Of a stretch of DNA of 64,000 bases, positions 35,051 through 43,362 are shown one piece after another (position 1 is the stretch's first letter; every line of letters begins with the position of its first letter). Both the position numbers and the translations under genes were made by a program. The DNA comes from an uncultured Candidatus Micrarchaeota archaeon (GTDB taxonomy: Archaea > Micrarchaeota > Micrarchaeia > Anstonellales > Bilamarchaeaceae). The notes beneath the pieces are model-generated. The model saw nothing but the letters and a program-made list of their open reading frames with translations. It was not told where the DNA came from and searched no databases. Location of the stretch: positions 1,120,001 to 1,184,000 of the forward strand of contig OY970229.1 in the NCBI GenBank assembly GCA_963714085.1, given 5' to 3'.

Positions 35051-36775
35051 ATGCTTTCTGAAATAAAGGACGAGGCCGCCAGCCTGCTTCATGCGGCGTG
35101 CGGGAAAAAGATCACCGAAGAGGAGGTCGCGCGGACGATGGAGCCGGGCAAGGAGGGCTTCGGCGACCTGGCGAGCAAGCTCGCGTTCTCCCTCGCGCCG
35201 ATTGAGAAAAAGAGCCCGGTGGAGATCGCGAAGGACATCGTCGCCAAGGTTCCCAAATCCAAATTCTTCTCGAAAGTGGAGGCGGTCGGCCCATACGTCA
35301 ACCTTTACATGAGCGACGCGGCCTACTCGTTCGCGCTGCAGAAAATCATGAAGCAGGGGACGAAGTTCGGGCGCGGGAAGAAGACCGGCAAGAAGATGAT
35401 GGTGGAATATTTCCACGCGAACACGCACAAGGGGGTGCACATCGGGCACATAAGGAACATCTCGCTCGGCGAGTCCGTGTGCAGGCTCCTGGAATTCTCA
35501 GGCAACAAAGTGATACGCGCGAACTATCAGGGAGACATCGGCCCGCACGTGGCCAAGTGCCTCTGGGGCTTCATCAACCTCTATGGCGGGAAGGCGCCTG
35601 AGGAGAAACGCGGCATATGGCTCGGCAAAGTCTATGCCGAGGCGTCGCAGAAAACCAAGGGCAACCCGGAGCTTGAGAAGCAGGTGCAGGACATAAACCT
35701 GAAGCTCTATTCCGGGGACAAGGAGATGACCCGGCTGTGGAAGGAGACCAGGCAGTGGTGCCTGGACGACTTCGAGGAGTTCTACAAGGTGTTCGGAGTC
35801 AAGTTCGACGCGTTCTATTTCGAGAGCCAGGTGGAAAAGCTCGGCAAGGAGACCGTGTTGAGGATACTGGACCAGGGCATAGCCAGGAAGGACCAGGGCG
35901 CGATAATAATGGACCTCAAGGGCGACGGCCTCGGCGTCTACGTGCTGCTCACGAAGGAGGGCTACCCGCTCTACTACGCGAAAGAGCTCGGCCTGGTCCA
36001 GATGCAGTTCGGCAAGTACGACCCCGACAGGCTGATCCACGTGGTCGGCAAGGAGCAGGAGCTCTACTTCAAGCAGCTGTTCAAGACCTTCGAGAGGATA
36101 GGCGCGGCCGGGGACAAGCTGTTCGAAAAAGCCGCACGCGCGTCTTATCATCTCATCTACGAGCTCGTCATGCTGCCTGAAGGCAAGATGTCCTCGCGCG
36201 AGGGCACGATGGTCCTCTACGAGGACCTGAAGGACAAGCTGCTGGAAATCGTGAAGGGCGAGGTCAGGAAGAGGCACGCTGACTGGGACGAAAAGAAAGT
36301 CGCAGAGACCGCGCTTTCCATAACGCTCGCCGCCATAAAATTCACCATGGTCCGCAGGGAGAGCAACAGGCAGCTCATATTCGACTGGGACGCGGCGCTC
36401 AGCCTGGAGGGCGACTCGGGCCCGTACCTGCAGTACGCCTATGTGCGCACGAACGGCATACTCAGGAAGGCTGAGTTCAAGCCGCAGATCGCCAAGGGCT
36501 ATGCGTTCACGGCGCAGGAGAAGACGCTGATAAAGCAGCTCTGCCAGTTCCCGGATTCCGTAGAAGGCGCGGCTTCGACCCTGTCTCCGCACGTTCTCTG
36601 CGGCTACCTGCTGGAGCTGGCCGCGGAGCTGAACAGGTTCTACACCACGTCGCGCGTGCTGAACGCGGAAACTGACGAGGAGAAACAGACCAGGCTCGCG
36701 ATGATCGCGGCGACCAATTCCGTGCTCTGGAGCTCCCTGGACCTGCTCGGCATAGGGACCCCGGAGAGGATGTGA
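35051..36775 (+). CDS. argS: Arginyl-tRNA synthetase
   Basis: HIGHIRN, NYQGD, KMSSREG, GDSGPYLQY, C-terminal PERM. Confidence 0.96.
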   Translation: MLSEIKDEAASLLHAACGKKITEEEVARTMEPGKEGFGDLASKLAFSLAPIEKKSPVEIAKDIVAKVPKSKFFSKVEAVGPYVNLYMSDAAYSFALQKIMKQGTKFGRGKKTGKKMMVEYFHANTHKGVHIGHIRNISLGESVCRLLEFSGNKVIRANYQGDIGPHVAKCLWGFINLYGGKAPEEKRGIWLGKVYAEASQKTKGNPELEKQVQDINLKLYSGDKEMTRLWKETRQWCLDDFEEFYKVFGVKFDAFYFESQVEKLGKETVLRILDQGIARKDQGAIIMDLKGDGLGVYVLLTKEGYPLYYAKELGLVQMQFGKYDPDRLIHVVGKEQELYFKQLFKTFERIGAAGDKLFEKAARASYHLIYELVMLPEGKMSSREGTMVLYEDLKDKLLEIVKGEVRKRHADWDEKKVAETALSITLAAIKFTMVRRESNRQLIFDWDAALSLEGDSGPYLQYAYVRTNGILRKAEFKPQIAKGYAFTAQEKTLIKQLCQFPDSVEGAASTLSPHVLCGYLLELAAELNRFYTTSRVLNAETDEEKQTRLAMIAATNSVLWSSLDLLGIGTPERM

Positions 36776-36874
36776 ACGAAAAACATTTTGCCATGCCTGC
36801 CCGCATCGCCAGCAGTCGCGACTGCGAGCATACCTGCTAGCGGTCTTCATCAAGTCAAAGCGCCTGAAACTCCT

Positions 36875-38158
36875 TCAGCCGCTGCCTGCTTCATTTCCAG
36901 CTGATCTAAACCGGGAGCCTTCAAAATCGAATGTCGAGAGGTAATCGGAAATCCGCTCAGCCCTCCGTATCATCCTGAATTCCCCATCTTCTGTCAAAAG
37001 GAATTCTGCGCATCTTAGTTTTCCATTGTACTGGAATCCCATTGCATATCCATGGGCACCGGCATCATGGAAAACGAGGACATCCCCATTCCTTATTTCA
37101 GGAAGGTCCCGGTCGATTGCGAATTTGTCGTTATTTTCACAAAGCGAACCAGTGACATCATACCGATAGTCCCTGGGTTGTTCCTCTTTCCCCAGGACCG
37201 TGATGTGATGATATGCGCCGTAAAGCGCAGGCCTCATGAGGTTTGCCATGCATGCGTCCATGCCGACGTAATGCTTGTGTTTTTTGGTCACGTGCCTTAC
37301 GGCTGAAACAAGGTAGCCGTGCGGTCCGGTGATAAGCCTTCCGCATTCCATAAAAAGCTGCGGCAGAGAGGCAAAGGCACCGGCCAGCTTCGCATACTCT
37401 TCCTGTATGCCCTTTGAAACAAGTTGAAGGTCAACCGCCTTCTGCTCTGGTTTGTAGGGGATCCCTATGCCTCCGCCGGTGTTGATGAATCCGACGGATA
37501 TCCCCTGCTCTGAAAGCTTGGCCGAAATCCCAAGAAGCATTTTTGCGGTATCAACGAAATACTGCGGGTTCAGCTCGTTAGATGCGATCATGGTATGCAA
37601 TCCGAATTTGCGTATCCCTCTCGAAAACGCCTCGTGGTACGCATCGAATATCTGGTCGCCAGGCACGCCGTATTTTGCTTCTTCCGGCTTTCCTATGATC
37701 GCGTTCCCTTCCCTTGAAGCTCCAGGATTATACCTGAAGCATATCAGGTCTGGCAGCCCGGCATGGGTCTCAAGAAAACCAAGGTGGGTTATGTCGTCAA
37801 GGTTTATTATCGCGCCGAGCGCCTTTGCATGGACAAACTCCCCTGCCGGGGTATCATTTGAAGTGAACATTATGTCGTGTCCTCTCATTCCGACCATTTC
37901 CGCCAACCTGAGCTCCGGCAGGGAACTGCAGTCAGCCCCGAAACCTTCATTTTTCAGGATTTCCAGTATATGGGGATTCGGGCAGGCCTTTACTGCGAAG
38001 TAGTTCCTGAAACCCCCAGAAACCCATGAAAAAACTTCATTCAATCCCCGCGCCGTTTCTTTCATGCCTTTTTCATCGTAGATGTAGAACGGAGTCGGAT
38101 GCTTCTTCGCAAGGTCCTGTACTTGTTCTTTTGTGAAAGGTAGGGTTTTTTGTTTCAT
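36875..38158 (-). CDS. lysA: Diaminopimelate decarboxylase
   Basis: YFAVKACPN, GGGIG, ECGR, RPALYGAYH, GSLCENND, GAHGYAMG. Confidence 0.95.
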   Translation of the reverse strand: MKQKTLPFTKEQVQDLAKKHPTPFYIYDEKGMKETARGLNEVFSWVSGGFRNYFAVKACPNPHILEILKNEGFGADCSSLPELRLAEMVGMRGHDIMFTSNDTPAGEFVHAKALGAIINLDDITHLGFLETHAGLPDLICFRYNPGASREGNAIIGKPEEAKYGVPGDQIFDAYHEAFSRGIRKFGLHTMIASNELNPQYFVDTAKMLLGISAKLSEQGISVGFINTGGGIGIPYKPEQKAVDLQLVSKGIQEEYAKLAGAFASLPQLFMECGRLITGPHGYLVSAVRHVTKKHKHYVGMDACMANLMRPALYGAYHHITVLGKEEQPRDYRYDVTGSLCENNDKFAIDRDLPEIRNGDVLVFHDAGAHGYAMGFQYNGKLRCAEFLLTEDGEFRMIRRAERISDYLSTFDFEGSRFRSAGNEAGSG

Positions 38159-38195
38159 TTTAATACCCGTTCTACTACTGCATCAATAATTTTAA

Positions 38196-39492
38196 ATGCG
38201 TTAGGCCCGGGAAATCCAACGTCTTCAGACGTTGGATGAAAGGGCCGGATCTGCTCAGCTCCGTCGAGCACCGCGGAAATCCACCCGGGCAACGCTTATA
38301 AACGACCTTTCCGGCAAATCCTTATGAGAGTGACGCGGGCCTGGAAGTACCGGCTCTATCCTTCAAGAAGTCAGGAAAAATTGCTGAACCGTCAGTTCTA
38401 CGAATGCAAAACACTCTGGAATTCCTTGCTGGATCACACAAAGGAATATTACGAGGAAACAAAGAAATTCCCGACTCGAAAGCAACTCTATACTCTGGCA
38501 AAGGATACGGGGCTTTATTCCCAGGTAGCCCAGAACGTCGCAGACAGGCTTGTGAAATCCCTGAAGGGGGTGATTGCCAGGAAAAAAGCCGGCAGGAAGG
38601 CAGGATTCCCACGGTTCAAATCATTTGAACGGGTGAAATCCCTGACCTATCCTCAGTTCGGTTTCAAGCTCAAAAACAAGCTGGAGCTGTCAGGGATTGG
38701 AAGCGTGGCAATCAGGAAACACAGGGAGATGGATGGTGAGATCAAGACCCTGACCATAAAGAAATCCCCTTCAGGGAAGTGGCATGCGATTTTCACGACC
38801 GAATCCGAAAGAAAGGCACCAGAGAGAAACAAAATGCCGAAAGTAGGGATTGACCTGGGGATAGAAACATTCGCCTATTTGAGCGACGGCTCAAGGGTAG
38901 AGAACCCGCGCAATCTCAGATTGGCAGAGGCCAGACTGAAGCTCGCCCAGAGGCGGATGTCGAACAGGAAGAAGGGCAGCTTGAACAGGGCCAAAGCCAG
39001 AAAAGAGGTTGCGATCGCATACGAGAGATTAACGGACAAGAGGAGGGATTTCCTGCACAAGGCAAGCCGCGCTCTTGTGGAGAATCATTCGCTCATAGCC
39101 ATGGAAGCGCTGAGCAACGAAGGGTTGGCGCGGGGTTTCCTGGCTAAAGAGGTATTGGACTGCAGCTGGGCGGAATTCGCCAGCATGATCAGCTACAAGG
39201 CGGAAGGAGCTGGTTGCGAAGTCGTGCTGGTTGACCCTGCTTACACCTCGCAGAGGTGCAGCAGCTGCGGCCTGATACGGAAGAAAACGCTGGCTGAGAG
39301 GTGGCACGATTGCACCTGCGGTGCATCCATGCACAGGGACCTCAATGCGGCGATGAACATACTCCAACGAGCTACTGGTGGAACGCCAGGAAGTCAGGCC
39401 TGCGGAGAAGAGACCTCTATCCGTTATAAACATAACGGGCAAGTATCTTCAATGAAACAGGAAGCCCACGCCTTTAGGCGTGGGTAGTTCAC
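38196..39492 (+). mobile_element. IS200/IS605-family tnpB-only element, copy A (1297 bp)
   Basis: Ends defined by comparison with copy B; left hairpin ATCCAACGTC-TTCA-GACGTTGGAT; right hairpin CCCACGCC-TTTA-GGCGTGGG ending TTCAC; preceded by TTTAA; no target duplication. Confidence 0.9.
38324..39487 (+). CDS. tnpB: RNA-guided endonuclease TnpB
   Basis: YRLYPS, GFPRFKS, RuvC residues GIDLG / MEAL / HRDLNAA, Zn finger TSQRCSSCG. Confidence 0.95.
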   Translation: MRVTRAWKYRLYPSRSQEKLLNRQFYECKTLWNSLLDHTKEYYEETKKFPTRKQLYTLAKDTGLYSQVAQNVADRLVKSLKGVIARKKAGRKAGFPRFKSFERVKSLTYPQFGFKLKNKLELSGIGSVAIRKHREMDGEIKTLTIKKSPSGKWHAIFTTESERKAPERNKMPKVGIDLGIETFAYLSDGSRVENPRNLRLAEARLKLAQRRMSNRKKGSLNRAKARKEVAIAYERLTDKRRDFLHKASRALVENHSLIAMEALSNEGLARGFLAKEVLDCSWAEFASMISYKAEGAGCEVVLVDPAYTSQRCSSCGLIRKKTLAERWHDCTCGASMHRDLNAAMNILQRATGGTPGSQACGEETSIRYKHNGQVSSMKQEAHAFRRG

Positions 39493-39535
39493 ATAGTGTA
39501 GACACGGCTAAAGAAGTGGAACGATTCCTGGGAAT

Positions 39536-40279
39536 TCATCCCCTTATGAATTTCAGCGTCTTTTCGAGGTCGCGCTTGAAGCCGCGCTTTTCAAAATACT
39601 TCAGGACTATCCCCACGTCGCGCTCGAGGAATTTCTGCGCTGCCGGGTGCTCGAGCACCACTCCCTGCCCGAAGTCTATGAGGAACGGCTGCGGGCCCAT
39701 GAGTATGTTGTATTCGCTCACGTCCGCGTGCACTAAGCCGACCCTGTACATCGCCCTGATGTCCTGCAGTATTGAATCCAGGTCCTTCTCGCCATGCAGC
39801 GGGCCCGATTGCTCCATTGTGGGGTACGGCAGCCCCTCCTCCCCCAGGAAGCTCATGATCAGCACATGGCCGTCCACATAGAGCGGCCTCGGCGCATGGA
39901 CATTGGCCTTGTCGCAGAGCTCCAGGTTCTTGAACTCCTTGTGGGCGAAGGCGCCGGCGATGCCCCGGTCGTTCATCTTGATGTTCCTGAACCTCGGATC
40001 GGCCTCCAGATAGCCGGATTTGCGGAAGAACGGCGCGGTCTCTATCTTGTATATCTTCACCGCCACATAAGCTCCGGACGCGGCCGTGGCGCGGAACACG
40101 TTGGCCTCCTTCCCGGTGGACACCGGGTAGTCCACGGTGTCTATTATCCCTTTCTTTATCGCCTTGGAGAGGATCAGCAGCGTCTGACGGTCGAACACCT
40201 CAGACTCTATCTTGAAGCGTTCCTTGAGCTGGTAGTCCTCCTTCAGCGGTTTTTTTCTTTTGGATACCTTGTGAGCCAT
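39536..40279 (-). CDS. rio1: RIO1 serine/threonine kinase
   Basis: STGKEANVF, VHADVSEYNIL, IDFGQGV. Confidence 0.93.
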   Translation of the reverse strand: MAHKVSKRKKPLKEDYQLKERFKIESEVFDRQTLLILSKAIKKGIIDTVDYPVSTGKEANVFRATAASGAYVAVKIYKIETAPFFRKSGYLEADPRFRNIKMNDRGIAGAFAHKEFKNLELCDKANVHAPRPLYVDGHVLIMSFLGEEGLPYPTMEQSGPLHGEKDLDSILQDIRAMYRVGLVHADVSEYNILMGPQPFLIDFGQGVVLEHPAAQKFLERDVGIVLKYFEKRGFKRDLEKTLKFIRG

Positions 40280-40397
40280 AGTAAACCAGGTATCCCTCTC
40301 AGCCAATGATTAAAATGCCGTTGTTCCGCGCCGCCCGGAGAAGGTGGCTGCCGGGGGCTGGCCAAGTATGTCGATAAGCCCTGCCGATTAGTCTGCC

Positions 40398-40748
40398 TCA
40401 GAGGTTGATTTCTCCTCTTTCCTTCAGTATCTTGGCCTGGAGCGGGTTGTACCTCCAGACTATGTCGCCCTTCTTGTCCGCCTCTATCTCGTAGGGCCGG
40501 ATTATGACCACGTCGCCTTCGCGCACCCATATCTTGTTGCGCATCTTGCCCGGGATCCTGCACATGCGCTCCTTCCCGTCCTTGCACATCACCTTCATGC
40601 GCGAGCCGCCCATGAGCCCGAGCACGATGCCCAGCAGCTCGCCCTCGCCGGGCATCCTTATCCTCCTGAACTCCTCCGCCTCGGACACCGGTCCGGTCCT
40701 CGCCGGCATCGGCCTCCTGTATCCCCCGCTATGATGGTGGTATGCCAA
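40398..40748 (-). CDS. eif1a: Translation initiation factor aIF-1A
   Basis: CKDGKERMCRIPGKMRNKIWVREGDVV, KGDIVWRY. Confidence 0.95.
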   Translation of the reverse strand: MAYHHHSGGYRRPMPARTGPVSEAEEFRRIRMPGEGELLGIVLGLMGGSRMKVMCKDGKERMCRIPGKMRNKIWVREGDVVIIRPYEIEADKKGDIVWRYNPLQAKILKERGEINL

Positions 40749-40752
40749 TAAA

Positions 40753-41175
40753 TCATCCCTTTATGGGCGCCCTCGCGCCGCAGCTCTCGCACACCAGCTG
40801 CCTGAAGCCGTGGCCCATCTCCTGTATGTTGGTGTCGGGCCTCTTGCACTCCTTGCAGATGACGTACCTGCTGACGAAATCCTCCAGCTTGGAGTTCACC
40901 ATGTCGCCGGTGAGCCTCCTGGCGAGCACCATGCGCTCGCCCTGCTGCTCCGCAGGCACGGCAAGCTCCTTGGAGAAGAACTTGATGAGCATGGACGGTT
41001 CCCTCCGTATCTTGTCCGCCACGGCCTTGAAGTTCTTGACTATGGTCTTGTTGCCCTCGGTGAAGTACTCGAATTTGGGCATCTCGAACCTCTCGCCGCT
41101 GTGCTTCGCCTTCTCCGGAAGGTTCTTGTAGACGTTGTCGAGCAACTGCTCGTATTCCTTCTGCTCGTCAGCCAT
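40753..41175 (-). CDS. eif2b: Translation initiation factor aIF-2 beta
   Basis: ERFEMP, GNKTIVKNF, YVICKECKRPDT, CESCGA. Confidence 0.95.
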   Translation of the reverse strand: MADEQKEYEQLLDNVYKNLPEKAKHSGERFEMPKFEYFTEGNKTIVKNFKAVADKIRREPSMLIKFFSKELAVPAEQQGERMVLARRLTGDMVNSKLEDFVSRYVICKECKRPDTNIQEMGHGFRQLVCESCGARAPIKG

Positions 41176-41221
41176 GAAATGGATTAACGGGGATAGAGTT
41201 TAAAAATAGACGATACCCGCG

Positions 41222-42481
41222 TCACGTCCCTTCCTGCCAGCTGTGGAGGTACTTGTCCTGCTCCTTGGTGAGCGTGTCCTTCCTTACGCCCATGGCCTCC
41301 AGCTGGAGCCGGGCTATGTGGTCGTCGATCTCGTCAGGGAGCTTGAGCACCTTCGCGGCCAGCTTCCCCCTGTTTTTCACCAGGTACTCGCAGGCCAGGC
41401 TCTGTCCCGCGAACGAGGTCGCCATGACCTCGGGCGGATGGCCCTCAGCGGCAGCGAGGTTGACCAGCCGGCCCTCCCCGCACAGGTAGACCGGCTTGCC
41501 GTCCACGTCGTACTCCTCTAGCTGGGGGCGTATCGTCCTCCTCTTCCATTTCGCGTTCATTCCTTCGACGTCTATCTCGTTGTTGAAATGGCCCGAGTTC
41601 GCGAGTATGGCGCCAGGCTGCATGCTTTTCACTTCGTCGGTCGTTATCACGCGCTTGTCACCGGTCACTGTCACGAATATCTCGCCTATCTTAGCCGCCT
41701 CGGCCATGGGCATGACCCTGTAGCCGTCCAGCCTCGCCTGCATGGCGCGGAAGGCGTCGACTTCCGTGACTATCACATCAGCTCCCATGCCCCTGGCCCT
41801 GAGCGCGACCCCCTTGCCGCAGTCCCCGTAGCCGCCCACCACGAAGTTCTTCCCTGCGATGAGGGTGTTCGCGGCACGCAGCAGCCCGTCTATGGTGGAC
41901 TGCCCTGTCCCGTAGTAATTGTCCAGGCAATGCTTGGTCTTGTTGTCATTGACCGCTATCATCGGATATTTGAGCACGCCGTCCTTCTCCATGGCGTGGA
42001 GCCTGATCACTCCTGTCGTGGTCTCCTCGCAGCCGCCTATCATCTTAGGGAGCATGTCCTTGTGCTTGGTATGCATCTCCGTGACCAGGTCGCATCCGTC
42101 GTCTATGGTTATGTCCGGATTCGTTGCGATCACGGCTTCGATATACCGGTAGTAATCCTCCTTGCCTTCTCCCTTGTGGCCGTAGACCATGAAGCCGTCC
42201 TTGGCCAGGGCAGCGGCGACGTCGTCCTGCGTGCTGAGCGGATTGCAGCTCGCGAGGGCCACCTTGGCCCCCCCTGCCCGGAGCGTCCTGACCAGAACCG
42301 CGGTCTCCTTGGTGATGTGGAGCGCGAGCCCTATCGTGAGCCCCTTGAATGGCAGCTCCTTCTCGAACCGCTTCCTTATGCTCGCCATTATCGGCATGCG
42401 CATCTCGGCGTAGCCTATGTTGAGGGCGCCCTGCTCCGCGAGCTTCATATCCTTGACTTCGTAATCCTTTCCTTTGTCCAT
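41222..42481 (-). CDS. ahcY: S-adenosylhomocysteine hydrolase
   Basis: SCNPLSTQD, EETTTG, GYGDCGKG, GRLVNLAAAEGHP. Confidence 0.97.
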   Translation of the reverse strand: MDKGKDYEVKDMKLAEQGALNIGYAEMRMPIMASIRKRFEKELPFKGLTIGLALHITKETAVLVRTLRAGGAKVALASCNPLSTQDDVAAALAKDGFMVYGHKGEGKEDYYRYIEAVIATNPDITIDDGCDLVTEMHTKHKDMLPKMIGGCEETTTGVIRLHAMEKDGVLKYPMIAVNDNKTKHCLDNYYGTGQSTIDGLLRAANTLIAGKNFVVGGYGDCGKGVALRARGMGADVIVTEVDAFRAMQARLDGYRVMPMAEAAKIGEIFVTVTGDKRVITTDEVKSMQPGAILANSGHFNNEIDVEGMNAKWKRRTIRPQLEEYDVDGKPVYLCGEGRLVNLAAAEGHPPEVMATSFAGQSLACEYLVKNRGKLAAKVLKLPDEIDDHIARLQLEAMGVRKDTLTKEQDKYLHSWQEGT

Positions 42482-42526
42482 GATAACACCACACAAATAG
42501 TACTATCGGGTTTGAACGGTTGTCTT

Positions 42527-42609
42527 AAAAAAGCTTGAGCGGGACCTCGAACCGCGGCGAATTCCGATTGGCAACTGTCGGAGACTGTTCGAGGCATTTA
42601 CAAACTCCC
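42527..42609 (-). ncRNA. Candidate structured RNA upstream of ahcY
   Basis: Three nested stems; G-U pairs form only on the minus strand; ends in U6; TATA-like element about 30 nt upstream. Confidence 0.45.
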
Positions 42610-42670
42610 AAATGTAATAGAAAGTGTAAAAAAGCGTATATTTATAAATAGTTTTGCGCATAATAACATT

Positions 42671-43255
42671 ATGAAACCCACCGAAGTTACTACCAGTGCC
42701 GGAGTAGGACCGCAGAGCAATAGGGAGCGCAAGGCCCTGCAAAAGGCTCTCAGGGCCATAGGGCCCGCGTCCGAAGGGCATATGTCCGGGCGCAGCCTCT
42801 GTTTGGGCGTATCCGCTCTAATCGGAGCCGCTGCCTTCGGAGTCGCCGTCCGCGGGAGCGTACACAAAGGAAACGCTAAAATAGACACTAATGTTGAATT
42901 ACTGTGTTCCGACCAGGGTGGCCTGGAGTCCGTAGGCGAAAGCGAGAGCGGGAGAGGCCTCACGTTCCGCACCACGGAGATAAGGGACACCGTCAAGGAC
43001 CTCGAAATGGCGGACCGGTTCAAGGATCACTTCGGTTATATGGTGGATGTCGTCTATGCAAATGCGTATAAATCGGCCACTGTCACCTTTGAAGTCGGCA
43101 ATCCTAAAGGAGGCACGTACCAACTCGACGGTTCTCGTCCGATTCCCCTGAGAGACGTACTGGCGATCCCATCATGCGCGGATAACATGAACGAAAAGAT
43201 CAGGGGCGCGATGGAAGTCGCAAAATTCAGGGTTCATCGCAATCAGGACCGCTGA
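42671..43255 (+). CDS. Hypothetical protein with one TM segment
   Basis: 194-aa ORF; TTTATAAATA box about 30 nt upstream. Confidence 0.6.
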   Translation: MKPTEVTTSAGVGPQSNRERKALQKALRAIGPASEGHMSGRSLCLGVSALIGAAAFGVAVRGSVHKGNAKIDTNVELLCSDQGGLESVGESESGRGLTFRTTEIRDTVKDLEMADRFKDHFGYMVDVVYANAYKSATVTFEVGNPKGGTYQLDGSRPIPLRDVLAIPSCADNMNEKIRGAMEVAKFRVHRNQDR

Positions 43256-43362
43256 ACCTGTCTTTTCTGCATCGACGCGGCCAAGAATGAGTCCGATAAA
43301 AAAAGCGTCGTGCGCGCGAGACTGGTCTTTTTTTAATCCCTAACCCTTCAAAAGCGGAAAAC

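Noticed and set aside
36812..36825. 14-bp palindrome GCAGTCGCGACTGC
   Set aside because: Single occurrence between convergent genes with no supporting context
33712..36853. Long antisense and alternate-frame ORFs (e.g. 33712-34941, 35498-36853; also 50521-51897)
   Set aside because: Shadow ORFs caused by high GC3 over well-supported genes; no motifs
38324..39487. TnpB genes as Cas12f/Cas14 effectors
   Set aside because: No CRISPR array or cas1/2/4 nearby; IS605-type end hairpins and multiple copies indicate transposons
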